A DNA stretch of 41,890 nucleotides from a virus (IMGVR_UViG_3300012943_000017:1-41890), one strand, 5' to 3'. Numbered from the stretch's first letter, positions 1-7,827 are shown. The notes: a model not told the origin generated them from the letters alone. Made by a program: numbers and translations.

Positions 1-123
1 AGCAACTCCTCGAAATGCTCTACACGCCTTGTAGATCATTTCGTTGACATCAACAAAATGGTCGTAGCATATCCGTGGATCATATTCCTAACGTCAGGAA
101 AATGGTCTACACATTGTTTTGGA
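1..123. repeat. Terminal direct repeat, copy 1 (identical to 41768-41890); circular contig overlap
   Basis: agcaactcctcgaaatgctc...cattgttttgga occurs at both ends; gene order continues across the join (baseplate J -> DUF2612-like gene). Confidence 0.97.
34..107. repeat. Two 30-bp imperfect palindromes GATCAT-N18-ATGGTC (34-63, 78-107); a third copy lies at 41758-41787
   Basis: gatcatttcgttgacatcaacaaaatggtc and gatcatattcctaacgtcaggaaaatggtc; period 43-44 bp across the circular junction. Confidence 0.85.
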
Positions 124-128
124 GGGGT

Positions 129-896
129 ATGGTATTAATCACGAATCATTTTCAAAGGGCGATTTCCCTTCTCGCAAGCCAGTTTAGAGAGGAAGATCCC
201 GAAGGAACGCTGACAAAATTCCAGAAGTTGATCAAGGTTTTTGTAGAGTCCATGCAGGATGCTGATAACGTCGATATGACGCTGCAAGAATTCCGTTGGC
301 TGGATACGGCTTATGGAGTTCAATTGGATGGACTGGGTGAGATTTTAGGTCTAGCGCGAGACCCTGATGAGAGCGACACAAGCTACAGGGAGCGGTTGAG
401 ATTCCAGATTTTCATCAATAATTCAAACGCGACGCCAGAGGAAGTAATTCGAGTTTTAGCCTTTTTGACAGACGCGACTAAGATCTGGTATCACGAGTAT
501 TATCCTGCTGCTTTTCAGATGTCAACCGATGGCTTAACCTTTCCAAATCCGCCTTCCTCATTGGTCACAGCGATTCAATCAGTCAGCCCTGCGGCTGTTC
601 AATACACTCCGATCACCGCAACTTACGGAACAAAGCCCTTCTCATTCAGTGGCGATCCTGTCTTCGGTCTTTTAGCGGTCGTTCCAGACGAGAATACGCC
701 TTTTGACGAATTTAATGTAGAAGTGGACACGCTTGATATTTTAGAGGTAAACACAGGTCAGACCGAAAACCCAGAGACTGGTGGAGGATTCGCAGAGGCG
801 ATTTGGACTAACTACCCTACAACGCCTATAGTCTATGCTTTTGACAATACAGGAGCAGGTCAACTTGCGGAAGTCATCATGTACAATGGAAGTTAA
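129..896 (+). CDS. Baseplate wedge protein, DUF2612-like (ORF track start 75; ATG 129 more likely)
   Basis: WLDTAYGVQLDGLGEILGLAR...D..YRERLRFQI...N...TPEEVIRVL motif; follows baseplate J on the circle. Confidence 0.8.
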   Translation: MVLITNHFQRAISLLASQFREEDPEGTLTKFQKLIKVFVESMQDADNVDMTLQEFRWLDTAYGVQLDGLGEILGLARDPDESDTSYRERLRFQIFINNSNATPEEVIRVLAFLTDATKIWYHEYYPAAFQMSTDGLTFPNPPSSLVTAIQSVSPAAVQYTPITATYGTKPFSFSGDPVFGLLAVVPDENTPFDEFNVEVDTLDILEVNTGQTENPETGGGFAEAIWTNYPTTPIVYAFDNTGAGQLAEVIMYNGS

Positions 897-907
897 AAGG
901 AGAATTT

Positions 908-1375
908 ATGGCTACAAAACCAACCGAAGTCCCTGAATGGGCGGTCAACAATGTCGTTGATCCTGTATCTGGTCAGAATAACGTGCTTGAGCCTCCTCCA
1001 GAGAAAAAACTGGAAGGATGGGCAAGGCTTGAATTTCCGCCTCGCAACTGGTTTAACTGGCTAGCGCGCTTGGCTTATCAATGGATTGAATGGTTTAAGC
1101 AGCAAGAGGAGCAAGCGGTTGTCACCGATGGGAATGGAGCTGGACTTTTCGTCACCGACACCGCATTGATTACGCTTTATGCCGTGGATAAAAATACGCC
1201 TGCGAATTACATTTTTGCTATCGGGTACAAGGGAGTTGGCAATGCTCCTGCCTTAACCGTGGTAAACAATAACGTTTTAACGCTTGGCGCAGGAAATATA
1301 GCAGGCGATCAACCTATTTCTGGCGGATCGGCTGCAAATATCATAGTCTGGGGTCAAACTAAAGTTATCCCTTAA
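908..1375 (+). CDS. Proximal tail fibre / fibre-attachment protein
   Basis: PEWA...PPPEKKLEGW...PPRNWFNWL N-terminus typical of baseplate-anchored fibres; RBS aggag; position after wedge gene. Confidence 0.65.
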   Translation: MATKPTEVPEWAVNNVVDPVSGQNNVLEPPPEKKLEGWARLEFPPRNWFNWLARLAYQWIEWFKQQEEQAVVTDGNGAGLFVTDTALITLYAVDKNTPANYIFAIGYKGVGNAPALTVVNNNVLTLGAGNIAGDQPISGGSAANIIVWGQTKVIP

Positions 1376-1385
1376 GGAGGATTAG

Positions 1386-1988
1386 ATGGCTAATATTCAA
1401 ATTCAAAACCTTCCTTCAGCGTCTAGTCCGCTTAATGGGGGTGCTTATGCAATCATCAAGGATGGCTTGCAGGATAAAAAGGCTACGATCACTCAGTTAA
1501 GAGAGATCGACGTTTCCGCCTTTACTAACATGGCTAGCACGCCTGTCGCTTCTGACTTGATGATCGTCGGTCGTGGCTCTTCCACTTTCAAGACGCTTTT
1601 CTCGAACGTAGGATTTGTGACAGGGGTGACATCTTGGTTTTATCAAGCTGTGGCTCCATCAGGATGGGCAATCATTCCGGGTCTTTCTGACTGCTTGCTA
1701 GCGGTTCAAGGGGGTTCGGTCTATGTAAACCCAGGCTCTGGCGCAAACGGCGGTTGGATGCAGACTAGTCACGTCTTAACCGTTAATGAAATTCCTGCTC
1801 ACACTCACAACGTGAGAGGTAGAGGTGCGCAAGAGGCTTCTGGAAACAAAGTTAGAGGCTATCAGCCTGGAGATTCAAGTCCAGATTACATATGGCCGAC
1901 CCAAGCTGCTGGTGGGGGACAAGGACACAACCACGGCGACACATGGCGTCCGCTGGCTGCCGTCGGTATCGTTTGCAGGAAGGGTTAA
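1386..1988 (+). CDS. Short tail fibre with collar-like domain and HxH metal-binding motifs
   Basis: GVTSWFYQAVAPSGW (collar-like), HVLTVNEIPAHTH and GGGQGHNH motifs; RBS aaggagg. Confidence 0.75.
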   Translation: MANIQIQNLPSASSPLNGGAYAIIKDGLQDKKATITQLREIDVSAFTNMASTPVASDLMIVGRGSSTFKTLFSNVGFVTGVTSWFYQAVAPSGWAIIPGLSDCLLAVQGGSVYVNPGSGANGGWMQTSHVLTVNEIPAHTHNVRGRGAQEASGNKVRGYQPGDSSPDYIWPTQAAGGGQGHNHGDTWRPLAAVGIVCRKG

Positions 1989-2365
1989 TGGATAACACAA
2001 ACTGCGGGGCAGAATGTCCTTTTGTTAAGACTGGATTCTGTAATTCTGACAGGGAATGCCCCAACTATTCCGAGTCTTGTTGGATTGAAGGCAAGACAGG
2101 AGAACAGAAAATGATCAAGGATTGCATCCCCAAACGCTTGATGATTCAAAATAATCACCAGCAAATGAGACTCGAAGGCTTACAACAAGCTGTAGAGCAG
2201 CAGCGTAATGCCTTTATGCAGCTCGGTGAAAACTTTGTAGCTGTTATGGGTCAGGTGCAGGAGCTTGTTAATAAGCAAGAAAATCAAATTCAGCGTCTTG
2301 AGTCACTCTCTTCCGAGCAAAAATTACTTCCTTCTAAAAAAGATTTGGAGGATAGTCCAAATTAA
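1988..2365 (+). CDS. Hypothetical protein, Cys-rich N-terminus plus coiled coil (ATG 1988 overlaps upstream TAA)
   Basis: CxxxCP...C...CP...C cluster then heptad-rich QQAVEQQRNAFMQL; taatg coupling to the fibre gene. Confidence 0.7.
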   Translation: MDNTNCGAECPFVKTGFCNSDRECPNYSESCWIEGKTGEQKMIKDCIPKRLMIQNNHQQMRLEGLQQAVEQQRNAFMQLGENFVAVMGQVQELVNKQENQIQRLESLSSEQKLLPSKKDLEDSPN

Positions 2366-2391
2366 GAACAACAACCTAAAAGGGGGTTCTT

Positions 2392-2685
2392 ATGCTGGAC
2401 AATTCTTGGCTAGAGCAAGAGGTAAGAAGATTGCGAAAGGAAGAATATTTGCGACATAAGTATCCTTTTTTGAAAAAAGAGGACGAGAAAAGAATGAGAA
2501 TTTTGAGCGTACTTTGCTTATTTTGCATTTTTAGTGTAGCTATGCTTTCCTTTACAGGCTGCACTTACTCCATCACAATGGTTCATACAGAAGGCACAGC
2601 GACGGATGTTGTCGATGAGACAGCGACCAACACGCCAAGCACTTCAATCACTCCGACGGTCTCTATTCCGGCGGCAGCCCTATGA
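2392..2685 (+). CDS. Putative membrane protein / lipoprotein
   Basis: Hydrophobic segment ILSVLCLFCIFSVAMLSFTG followed by C (lipobox-like FTGC) and a Thr/Ser/Pro-rich tail. Confidence 0.65.
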   Translation: MLDNSWLEQEVRRLRKEEYLRHKYPFLKKEDEKRMRILSVLCLFCIFSVAMLSFTGCTYSITMVHTEGTATDVVDETATNTPSTSITPTVSIPAAAL

Positions 2686-2885
2686 GCGACGATTTTAACG
2701 GCGACTTTTTTGCTCTTTATTGGAAGACTCTTAAAGAGCATAAAGGCAAAGTGATGTTGCTCGCGGTTGCGGTTTTAGCTGCTTATATGAGCCTTTTGTG
2801 GCTTCCAAAGGACAACCCTATCGAACAAGCGGTAGAGGAAGTTATTGAGGAAGAAACAGGTTATAAGGTAGACTTGACTCCGTAA
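2682..2885 (+). CDS. Small single-pass membrane protein
   Basis: TM segment VMLLAVAVLAAYMSLLWL then DNPIEQAVEEVIEEETGYKVDLTP; atga overlap with upstream gene. Confidence 0.7.
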   Translation: MSDDFNGDFFALYWKTLKEHKGKVMLLAVAVLAAYMSLLWLPKDNPIEQAVEEVIEEETGYKVDLTP

Positions 2886-2887
2886 AC

Positions 2888-2984
2888 GGCGTGGTAGCTC
2901 AGCAGTTAGAGCGCGTAAAGTGGATGGTCAAACTAGTTAAGCCAGTAAGCGGTGAGGTCGTTGGTGCAAATCCAACTCATGCCA
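2888..2984 (+). tRNA. tRNA-like element with an aberrant, expanded anticodon arm (no assignable anticodon)
   Basis: Acceptor stem GGCGTGG/TCATGCC+A, TA, D-arm GCTC-AGCAGTTA-GAGC, variable region GAGGTC, T-arm GTTGG-TGCAAAT-CCAAC; about 41 nt replace the normal 17-nt anticodon arm. Confidence 0.65.
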
Positions 2985-3162
2985 TTGTGTTTTTCGGAAT
3001 ACAACATCCGAGGTACAGCTGGATGTAAATCTCATCTGCAAAGCGATGGCACGCAAAGTAAAAATGCCTAGCGGTCACGGCGATAAGGTAGCTGATAGGG
3101 GAATTGATCACCCTGAAGAGCTAAGGTTTCGCCTGCGTTATCCTAGGCTAAATAAACGCAGG
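2985..3162 (+). ncRNA. Putative structured ncRNA (series of stem-loops) directly 3' of the tRNA-like element
   Basis: Hairpins 2985-3004 (TTCG loop), 3004-3026, 3033-3048, 3048-3068, 3079-3133 (long interrupted stem), 3132-3162; no ORF of 60 aa or more. Confidence 0.5.
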
Positions 3163-3166
3163 ACGT

Positions 3167-3203
3167 ATTAGGGCAGCTTGGGTGATCCCCAAGTCTGCCT
3201 AAT
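3167..3203. terminator. Intrinsic terminator between convergent late and early operons
   Basis: attagggcag-cttggg-tgatc-cccaag-t-ctgcctaat stem followed by ttacttt; convergent gene ends on either side. Confidence 0.7.
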
Positions 3204-3210
3204 TTACTTT

Positions 3211-4200
3211 CTACTGGCTTATCAATTCTGGTTGAGCCTCAACTAGCTCATCCATCGAATGAATCACCTCAACAGGCGGTTGCGTAATCTCTTCTTTTTT
3301 CGGCTTTGGTTGCTTCTGGGGCTTCGCAACTGGTTTGTTGTCCGTATCCCATTGCTCAAAAGCTGCTAAGAAGCGATCAGGGTGTGTGACCGCGTGATTA
3401 ATGATCTTATCCCTTGTGCTATTGGTTGCTTCCGCCAGCTTAAGAACATACTCGGCTTTCCGTGTCTGTCCCATTAAACCGTGTTGGACGCAAAATTCGT
3501 CAAAGCCAAGCACCTTAACAAACTCAATTGCCTTCGGCTCTTCTTTTGCTACCGATTCGGTAGGAATTGGTGGCAAATTGGCAGTTGCGATATCTGGAGG
3601 CAAGATCGGCTGAATGTTAGAATCAGAATCGTCCCCGACAAGCTCGCCTGTTACCAAGACCCCGACGAATACTTCGGGCGTGTGCTTTCTGCCTCCGCCA
3701 GTCAAGCATCTGGAATACAGCATGTCCTTTGGGCTTGTCTGCCAGTTGTTCTTGCGAAGGTAGCCTGCCTTTTCCGCCATCTTGAGATTGTACTCATACA
3801 CAAGAGGCTTGTAATTGGGGTCGTTCCTTCTGTCGCCTCTTGTGAATTCAATCACGCAGCGTTGCTCATCTAAATGTAAGACAGCCGTCTTGTGTCCTGC
3901 TTTTAAAATGAGCGCGTCAATCATAATCGCGCTGAATGTCACCTTACCGTCAAAAGTGTGAAGTCCACCGTTAAGGCAAGCCATCAAAGGCAGGTCATAT
4001 TCCTTAGCCGTTAGGTAGATTGCCATCACTCCGCCTGGACCGAGCTTTTGATAAAACGGCGCAGTCGCCATCACTTTGCAGAATTCGATTAATTGCTGCA
4101 TCTCCGCTTGCGTAGGCATCGCGAAATAGAGTTTCTGTGACACTGAATTGGTATTGTGTGGCACGGCTTGGGTATTTTGTTTTGTGGCTGGTACGTTCAT
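3211..4200 (-). CDS. RecT/Red-beta-like single-strand annealing protein
   Basis: AIYLTAKEYDLPLMACL..GLHTFDGKVTFSA, AEKAGYL...NW...PKDMLYSRC...GRKHTPEV pattern; near an exonuclease gene. Confidence 0.75.
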   Translation of the reverse strand: MNVPATKQNTQAVPHNTNSVSQKLYFAMPTQAEMQQLIEFCKVMATAPFYQKLGPGGVMAIYLTAKEYDLPLMACLNGGLHTFDGKVTFSAIMIDALILKAGHKTAVLHLDEQRCVIEFTRGDRRNDPNYKPLVYEYNLKMAEKAGYLRKNNWQTSPKDMLYSRCLTGGGRKHTPEVFVGVLVTGELVGDDSDSNIQPILPPDIATANLPPIPTESVAKEEPKAIEFVKVLGFDEFCVQHGLMGQTRKAEYVLKLAEATNSTRDKIINHAVTHPDRFLAAFEQWDTDNKPVAKPQKQPKPKKEEITQPPVEVIHSMDELVEAQPELISQ

Positions 4201-4210
4201 TATTGGCTCC

Positions 4211-4813
4211 TTAGTTTTTTACGCGCATCGTCATTGATTCTTTCTCGTAGATTTGAATTCCGGGGATTTTACGAATCCCTTGTTTTACGGCTTCATCAAT
4301 CTTCTTTTCGTCTAGGCAAAGGAATTGCCTCGGCACTTGGTCAGTGTTCTCTAGTTCCCAGACCCACGTCTTTTTTACGCTTAGGCAACCGTCTTCCACT
4401 TCCATTGATTTTATCTCAATCGGGGCGACTTCATTTTCATCGGATGTCTCATTTCTTATGACAAGCCAATTGTTTATTTTTCCTGATAATGAAGTCTCAA
4501 TATCCTGAAGTTTAGTTTCATAATCCTTTACAATTTTGTTTACAGCCCTTTGAAAATCTAAATGAGGGCGGATAATCTGCGATCTGGATTCGTCTAAAGC
4601 CTTGCGTAGCTTACGAGCTTGCAGACTCATGCTTAACGCTTGCTTTGCCGATTCCTCATCAATGATTTGGTATCCTTCCGCTTGCTCAATTAGGGGGGCT
4701 AGATTCAAGCTCTTCTTTAGAGTCTCGGCTGCCTGCTCAACGGTAAGACCGCCAGCCTGTACAGCCATCAACTCTTTATTCTTCATCTCTTTATTTAACG
4801 CTTCAAAATCCAT
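4211..4813 (-). CDS. Coiled-coil phage protein (Gam/gp157-like, recombination-module associated)
   Basis: Long helical region and C-terminal W.WE......VPRQFL..DEKKI..AVK.G.RKIPGI.IYE motif. Confidence 0.6.
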   Translation of the reverse strand: MDFEALNKEMKNKELMAVQAGGLTVEQAAETLKKSLNLAPLIEQAEGYQIIDEESAKQALSMSLQARKLRKALDESRSQIIRPHLDFQRAVNKIVKDYETKLQDIETSLSGKINNWLVIRNETSDENEVAPIEIKSMEVEDGCLSVKKTWVWELENTDQVPRQFLCLDEKKIDEAVKQGIRKIPGIQIYEKESMTMRVKN

Positions 4814-4837
4814 ATCTGTCCTTTTTGTCCCTTGTTA

Positions 4838-5014
4838 TTAATCTAAAAACCATGCCATGATCAGTGATAGTAGGCTTCCTTTACGAGTAAAGGCTTTGCC
4901 AGCCTTTGCGAGGCGTCCGCCCCTTGTGAGCGGAACTCCAATTCTACGGCTCGCCCTTGATTTGGCTGCTGAGAAGCCCAGCAGCCTTTTCCAGCTAAAT
5001 CCACCTCGGTTCAT
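4838..5014 (-). CDS. Small basic hypothetical protein (ATG 5014 likely)
   Basis: FSWKRLLGFSAAKSRASRRIGVPLTRGGR, very basic with hydrophobic C-terminus; fills the gap in the leftward operon. Confidence 0.6.
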   Translation of the reverse strand: MNRGGFSWKRLLGFSAAKSRASRRIGVPLTRGGRLAKAGKAFTRKGSLLSLIMAWFLD

Positions 5015-5025
5015 TTCAACCCCCT

Positions 5026-5217
5026 TTACCATTCCAGCATTAAGCAGTAATTGCATCCACCGCCACCACATTTAGGGCAGCCCTCGTCTTCTTCTTCTTC
5101 ATCCTTTTCTTCATGGTCAACGTCGATGTCTTCATCTTCGTCGTGTTCCACAAGGTCTTTACCTTGCCAGCTATCCAGATCGCTTGAGTCCCATTGGCTC
5201 CAGTATGGACCACACAT
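5026..5217 (-). CDS. Small highly acidic protein with C-terminal CxxC-GGGG-CxxC
   Basis: RBS aaggag upstream; D/E-rich tract; CPKCGGGGCNYC. Confidence 0.65.
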   Translation of the reverse strand: MCGPYWSQWDSSDLDSWQGKDLVEHDEDEDIDVDHEEKDEEEEDEGCPKCGGGGCNYCLMLEW

Positions 5218-5260
5218 GTTCTACTCCTTGGTGAGATAAACATATTTTGCCCTATGTTAC

Positions 5261-5286
5261 CAATTTAACACAAGAAAAAAAGTAAC
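5261..5286 (-). promoter_or_regulatory. Leftward early promoter motif, copy 1
   Basis: caatttaacacaagaaaaaaagtaac matches 8292-8317 at 22/26; on the minus strand it overlaps a TTGTGT...CAAAAT sigma70-like promoter. Confidence 0.55.
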
Positions 5287-5355
5287 AAGGCTTAAAAAAA
5301 GACACAGACACAAGGCTTGTACTGCTGTTTGTGACTAGAGGGTCTAGGGCTTGAA

Positions 5356-5604
5356 TCAAGATTCTATCCCTTTGATCTTTTCGGCTTGACGCTTGAATTC
5401 CGCTTCATCTTTGAGCAAGTCCTTCATCAACTCGGTTGTTGCTCCGAAGCAAATTCTGGTCTTATCGGAGCGACAAGCCCCGATAAAAGCCACGTTAGCC
5501 ACAAAGGAGCAAAACTCCTTGTCGGACATCCACTCGGTAAGTTCGAGGGTTTTTTCGATATTCTTGTGGAACAGACGTTCCTTTTGGTCATTTTTCTCAC
5601 GCAT
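5356..5604 (-). CDS. Hypothetical protein (ATG 5604)
   Basis: Start overlaps the nuclease stop; same strand as neighbours. Confidence 0.6.
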   Translation of the reverse strand: MREKNDQKERLFHKNIEKTLELTEWMSDKEFCSFVANVAFIGACRSDKTRICFGATTELMKDLLKDEAEFKRQAEKIKGIES

Positions 5605-6184
5605 GGAAAAACCTATAAAGTTCAAGGGCATTTAAGAAAAGTTTCTCGTCTTTATCGTGGTCTGTGTATTCGCAGACTTTTGGCATACCGCCTTCCTTGT
5701 CCAGAATCAGCGATATGCGCCTTGTAGCCTCTTCGCCTTTTACTGAACGCAAAAGATATCGGTAGGCTGCCGTCTGGAGCTGCCAACTGATTGCGGATTG
5801 CTGAGGAGTCTTAAAGTCGATGATGACAAGAGAATCATCTCCTTTTAATCTACAAAGTAAATCAAACTGTCCTGATACTTTTATTTTAGGACAGTTGAGT
5901 CTTAGTTCATTGTAAATAACACAGTCCACGACACTTTCATACCAAGCAACAAAACTTGATAGATAGGGCTTGCAATCATCATCAGCCGTGTCTATAACGA
6001 AATTATGGGCATGTAGCATCCTGGCTTTCGTGTAGGCCTCACAAAACTTGTGTACCCTAGTTCCCCTGTCGGCTGCGTTAGCTAGCACGTCTGGTCTAAT
6101 GTGGTCGAAAGACACGAAGGGAGACAAGACAGTTGTGACACGAAGATACCCATCGGGTATTAGGTCTGGTTCGTTTTTTTTCAT
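5597..6184 (-). CDS. PD-(D/E)XK exonuclease (RecB/Cas4-like), likely partner of the SSAP
   Basis: RVTTVL, RGTRVH, E..L, GQFDLL, IIDFKT, QLQTAAY motifs. Confidence 0.88.
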   Translation of the reverse strand: MKKNEPDLIPDGYLRVTTVLSPFVSFDHIRPDVLANAADRGTRVHKFCEAYTKARMLHAHNFVIDTADDDCKPYLSSFVAWYESVVDCVIYNELRLNCPKIKVSGQFDLLCRLKGDDSLVIIDFKTPQQSAISWQLQTAAYRYLLRSVKGEEATRRISLILDKEGGMPKVCEYTDHDKDEKLFLNALELYRFFHA

Positions 6185-6202
6185 AGTATCTCCTTTGGTT
6201 TA

Positions 6203-6234
6203 CCCTGTAGGTGCAAAGCCTACAGGGGTTTTTT
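6203..6234 (+). terminator. Stem-loop with T-tract oriented to terminate + strand (antisense) transcription
   Basis: ccctgtagg-tgcaaag-cctacaggg-gtttttt, inside a minus-strand operon. Confidence 0.5.
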
Positions 6235-6714
6235 AAATTCAAATCCGAACAATCTAAGCCAGTCAATCGCTTCACGATAGGTTTTTTTGCCAAGCGAATA
6301 TTTTTCGGAATATTCTTTTCCTGTTAATTCGGTCAACTCATGCAGGTATTTGACCTGTGAGCCGTTTAGGAATTTCATAGAGCAGGGGAGAAGGGATATT
6401 TCGATTTCGTCCCTTTTGCCTGTCTCTTGATATTCCTCTTTTTTAGCTTCTAGGTAACGGAGCTTTTCTATTTTGGCAACAAGCCTTGAAAATGTCTTAC
6501 CGCAAGCCACAGCCGTTACGCCGATCTCTTGCCCGATCTTTTGGAAAGTCCAGCCGTCCCAGAAACGCTTATTGAAAATGAATCGTTTCTCATCGCTTGA
6601 GGTTAGCATTTCAGCTAAACTAGACCTTTTTTTCAGATCTAAATCCTCTAGGAATTTCAGAATCTCTTCACGGTGCATTTCTCTCTTGCCGTTCCTTCCA
6701 TCTCTTTTTTTCAT
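6220..6714 (-). CDS. Sigma70 region-4-like HTH fused to an RNA polymerase alpha-CTD-like domain
   Basis: EKRFIFNKRFWDGWTFQKIGQEIGVT (sigma4-like) and VKYLHELTELT...LGKKTYREAIDWLRLFG (compare alpha-CTD IHYIGDLVQRT...LGKKSLTEIKDVLASRG). Confidence 0.7.
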   Translation of the reverse strand: MKKRDGRNGKREMHREEILKFLEDLDLKKRSSLAEMLTSSDEKRFIFNKRFWDGWTFQKIGQEIGVTAVACGKTFSRLVAKIEKLRYLEAKKEEYQETGKRDEIEISLLPCSMKFLNGSQVKYLHELTELTGKEYSEKYSLGKKTYREAIDWLRLFGFEFKKPL

Positions 6715-7040
6715 GGTCTCTCCGGAGTGTTGACCTCAATCTCAGGGAAGATCACATAACCATGAGTTGAGAGGATCCACATTTTTTCTTTTCTATCCCA
6801 AATGAATTTTGGGTTTACATCGCCTTTATGAGGATCGTATCCAATAAAAACTTCTGATCCGATATGGCGATTGTAGCGAATAGGAATTCCGCGAGCTGAA
6901 ACTCGGTAATGACTTCTATCCGTGATAAAAAGCTCTACGACTCCATAATCATTAGCATGGGGCAGCAGCAATAAGCCGTGTTCGCCATAGATAAAATTAC
7001 GTTCAAAGTCTAAGTGCGTTTCGTTTCTGTCTTTATACAT
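6711..7040 (-). CDS. Hypothetical protein
   Basis: Coupled overlaps with both neighbours in the leftward operon. Confidence 0.6.
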   Translation of the reverse strand: MYKDRNETHLDFERNFIYGEHGLLLLPHANDYGVVELFITDRSHYRVSARGIPIRYNRHIGSEVFIGYDPHKGDVNPKFIWDRKEKMWILSTHGYVIFPEIEVNTPERP

Positions 7041-7426
7041 TCTTCCATTTCCTCTACTGTTTTTAAGATTTCTTTTTGGTCTTTAGGCTCAAGCGTATTA
7101 AACGCAGGCAGAAGAACGTTTCCGTCTTCCATGCGCTCGAAAAATTTAAGCAGTGCGGTCACTTCATCGTATTGCTTTCCGCAACAAGCCTTGTAAAGCT
7201 CATACGAATGATCGCAAGCGCAACCGACTCGTTTAATCCACCGCTTGATTTCCTTCTTGTGCTTCTTGTAAACCGCCACTTTCTCGGCTTGTGTCTTTTC
7301 CTTGTAAAGCTGCTTTACATTCGGCTTGCTTGACTTCGGTAAAGATTTGACTGAGCATGTGGAGGGAGATTTCGCCTTTGATTTCACACCATAACTCCTT
7401 TGGTATTGTTTGTTTGTGTTGTTCAA
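7010..7426 (-). CDS. Hypothetical protein (true start probably internal)
   Basis: ORF in operon; its 5' part overlaps the upstream ORF by about 190 nt, so the start is uncertain. Confidence 0.5.
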   Translation of the reverse strand: MNNTNKQYQRSYGVKSKAKSPSTCSVKSLPKSSKPNVKQLYKEKTQAEKVAVYKKHKKEIKRWIKRVGCACDHSYELYKACCGKQYDEVTALLKFFERMEDGNVLLPAFNTLEPKDQKEILKTVEEMEECIKTETKRT

Positions 7427-7571
7427 TGACAGCTTTCACCAGCATGAAGCTATCTTGGTTCATACCGCCATCCATCAGGATTTCGACGAGTACCAGTCCG
7501 CTAACAAACCCTCTTGCAAAAGAGGGTTCGCTAGGCGTTATGATAGAGTCCTTATCAGGCTCATTTTCCAT
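7233..7571 (-). CDS. Hypothetical protein (ATG 7571 likely)
   Basis: Start overlaps the end of 7561-7827; hydrophobic segment FARGFVSGLVLVEILM. Confidence 0.55.
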   Translation of the reverse strand: MENEPDKDSIITPSEPSFARGFVSGLVLVEILMDGGMNQDSFMLVKAVIEQHKQTIPKELWCEIKGEISLHMLSQIFTEVKQAECKAALQGKDTSRESGGLQEAQEGNQAVD

Positions 7572-7827
7572 TCTGTTTTTCCTGCTTGAGTTCCTTTTCA
7601 AGTTCAATGGAAAGTTTTCGATATCGCAAGCCCAGCTTTTCCAGAATGACTAAAGTCTGGCGCACCCTGTAAAGCGGAGCGATCGAATATTTTCCTGTCT
7701 TTTCTTTTACGGCTTCCGCCTTGTCTAAATCCTGCGTTATCATGGCTTGCAACTCCCTAATCAGGTGAATTGCCTGCGGTACATCTAATTCCTCATGCAC
7801 TGCTTTGTTAATTTCTTCTAGCTCCAT
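7561..7827 (-). CDS. Hypothetical helical protein
   Basis: RBS-like aaaggt upstream; amphipathic helical composition. Confidence 0.65.
   Translation of the reverse strand: MELEEINKAVHEELDVPQAIHLIRELQAMITQDLDKAEAVKEKTGKYSIAPLYRVRQTLVILEKLGLRYRKLSIELEKELKQEKQNGK

Noticed and set aside
34-107. 30-bp palindromes as a CRISPR mini-array
   Set aside because: Units differ internally, gaps are only 13-14 bp, and no cas operon is present.
1-123. 123-bp terminal repeat as a biological DTR or packaging end
   Set aside because: It falls between baseplate genes, far from terS, and cuts through a palindrome unit; best explained as assembler overlap of a circular or permuted genome.
2888-2984. Functional decoding tRNA or attP site
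   Set aside because: No 7-nt anticodon loop on a 5-bp stem can be drawn, and no integrase was recognised.
5597-6184. Cas4 of a CRISPR system
   Set aside because: Lacks the C-terminal Cys cluster of Cas4, no array; context is a phage recombination module.
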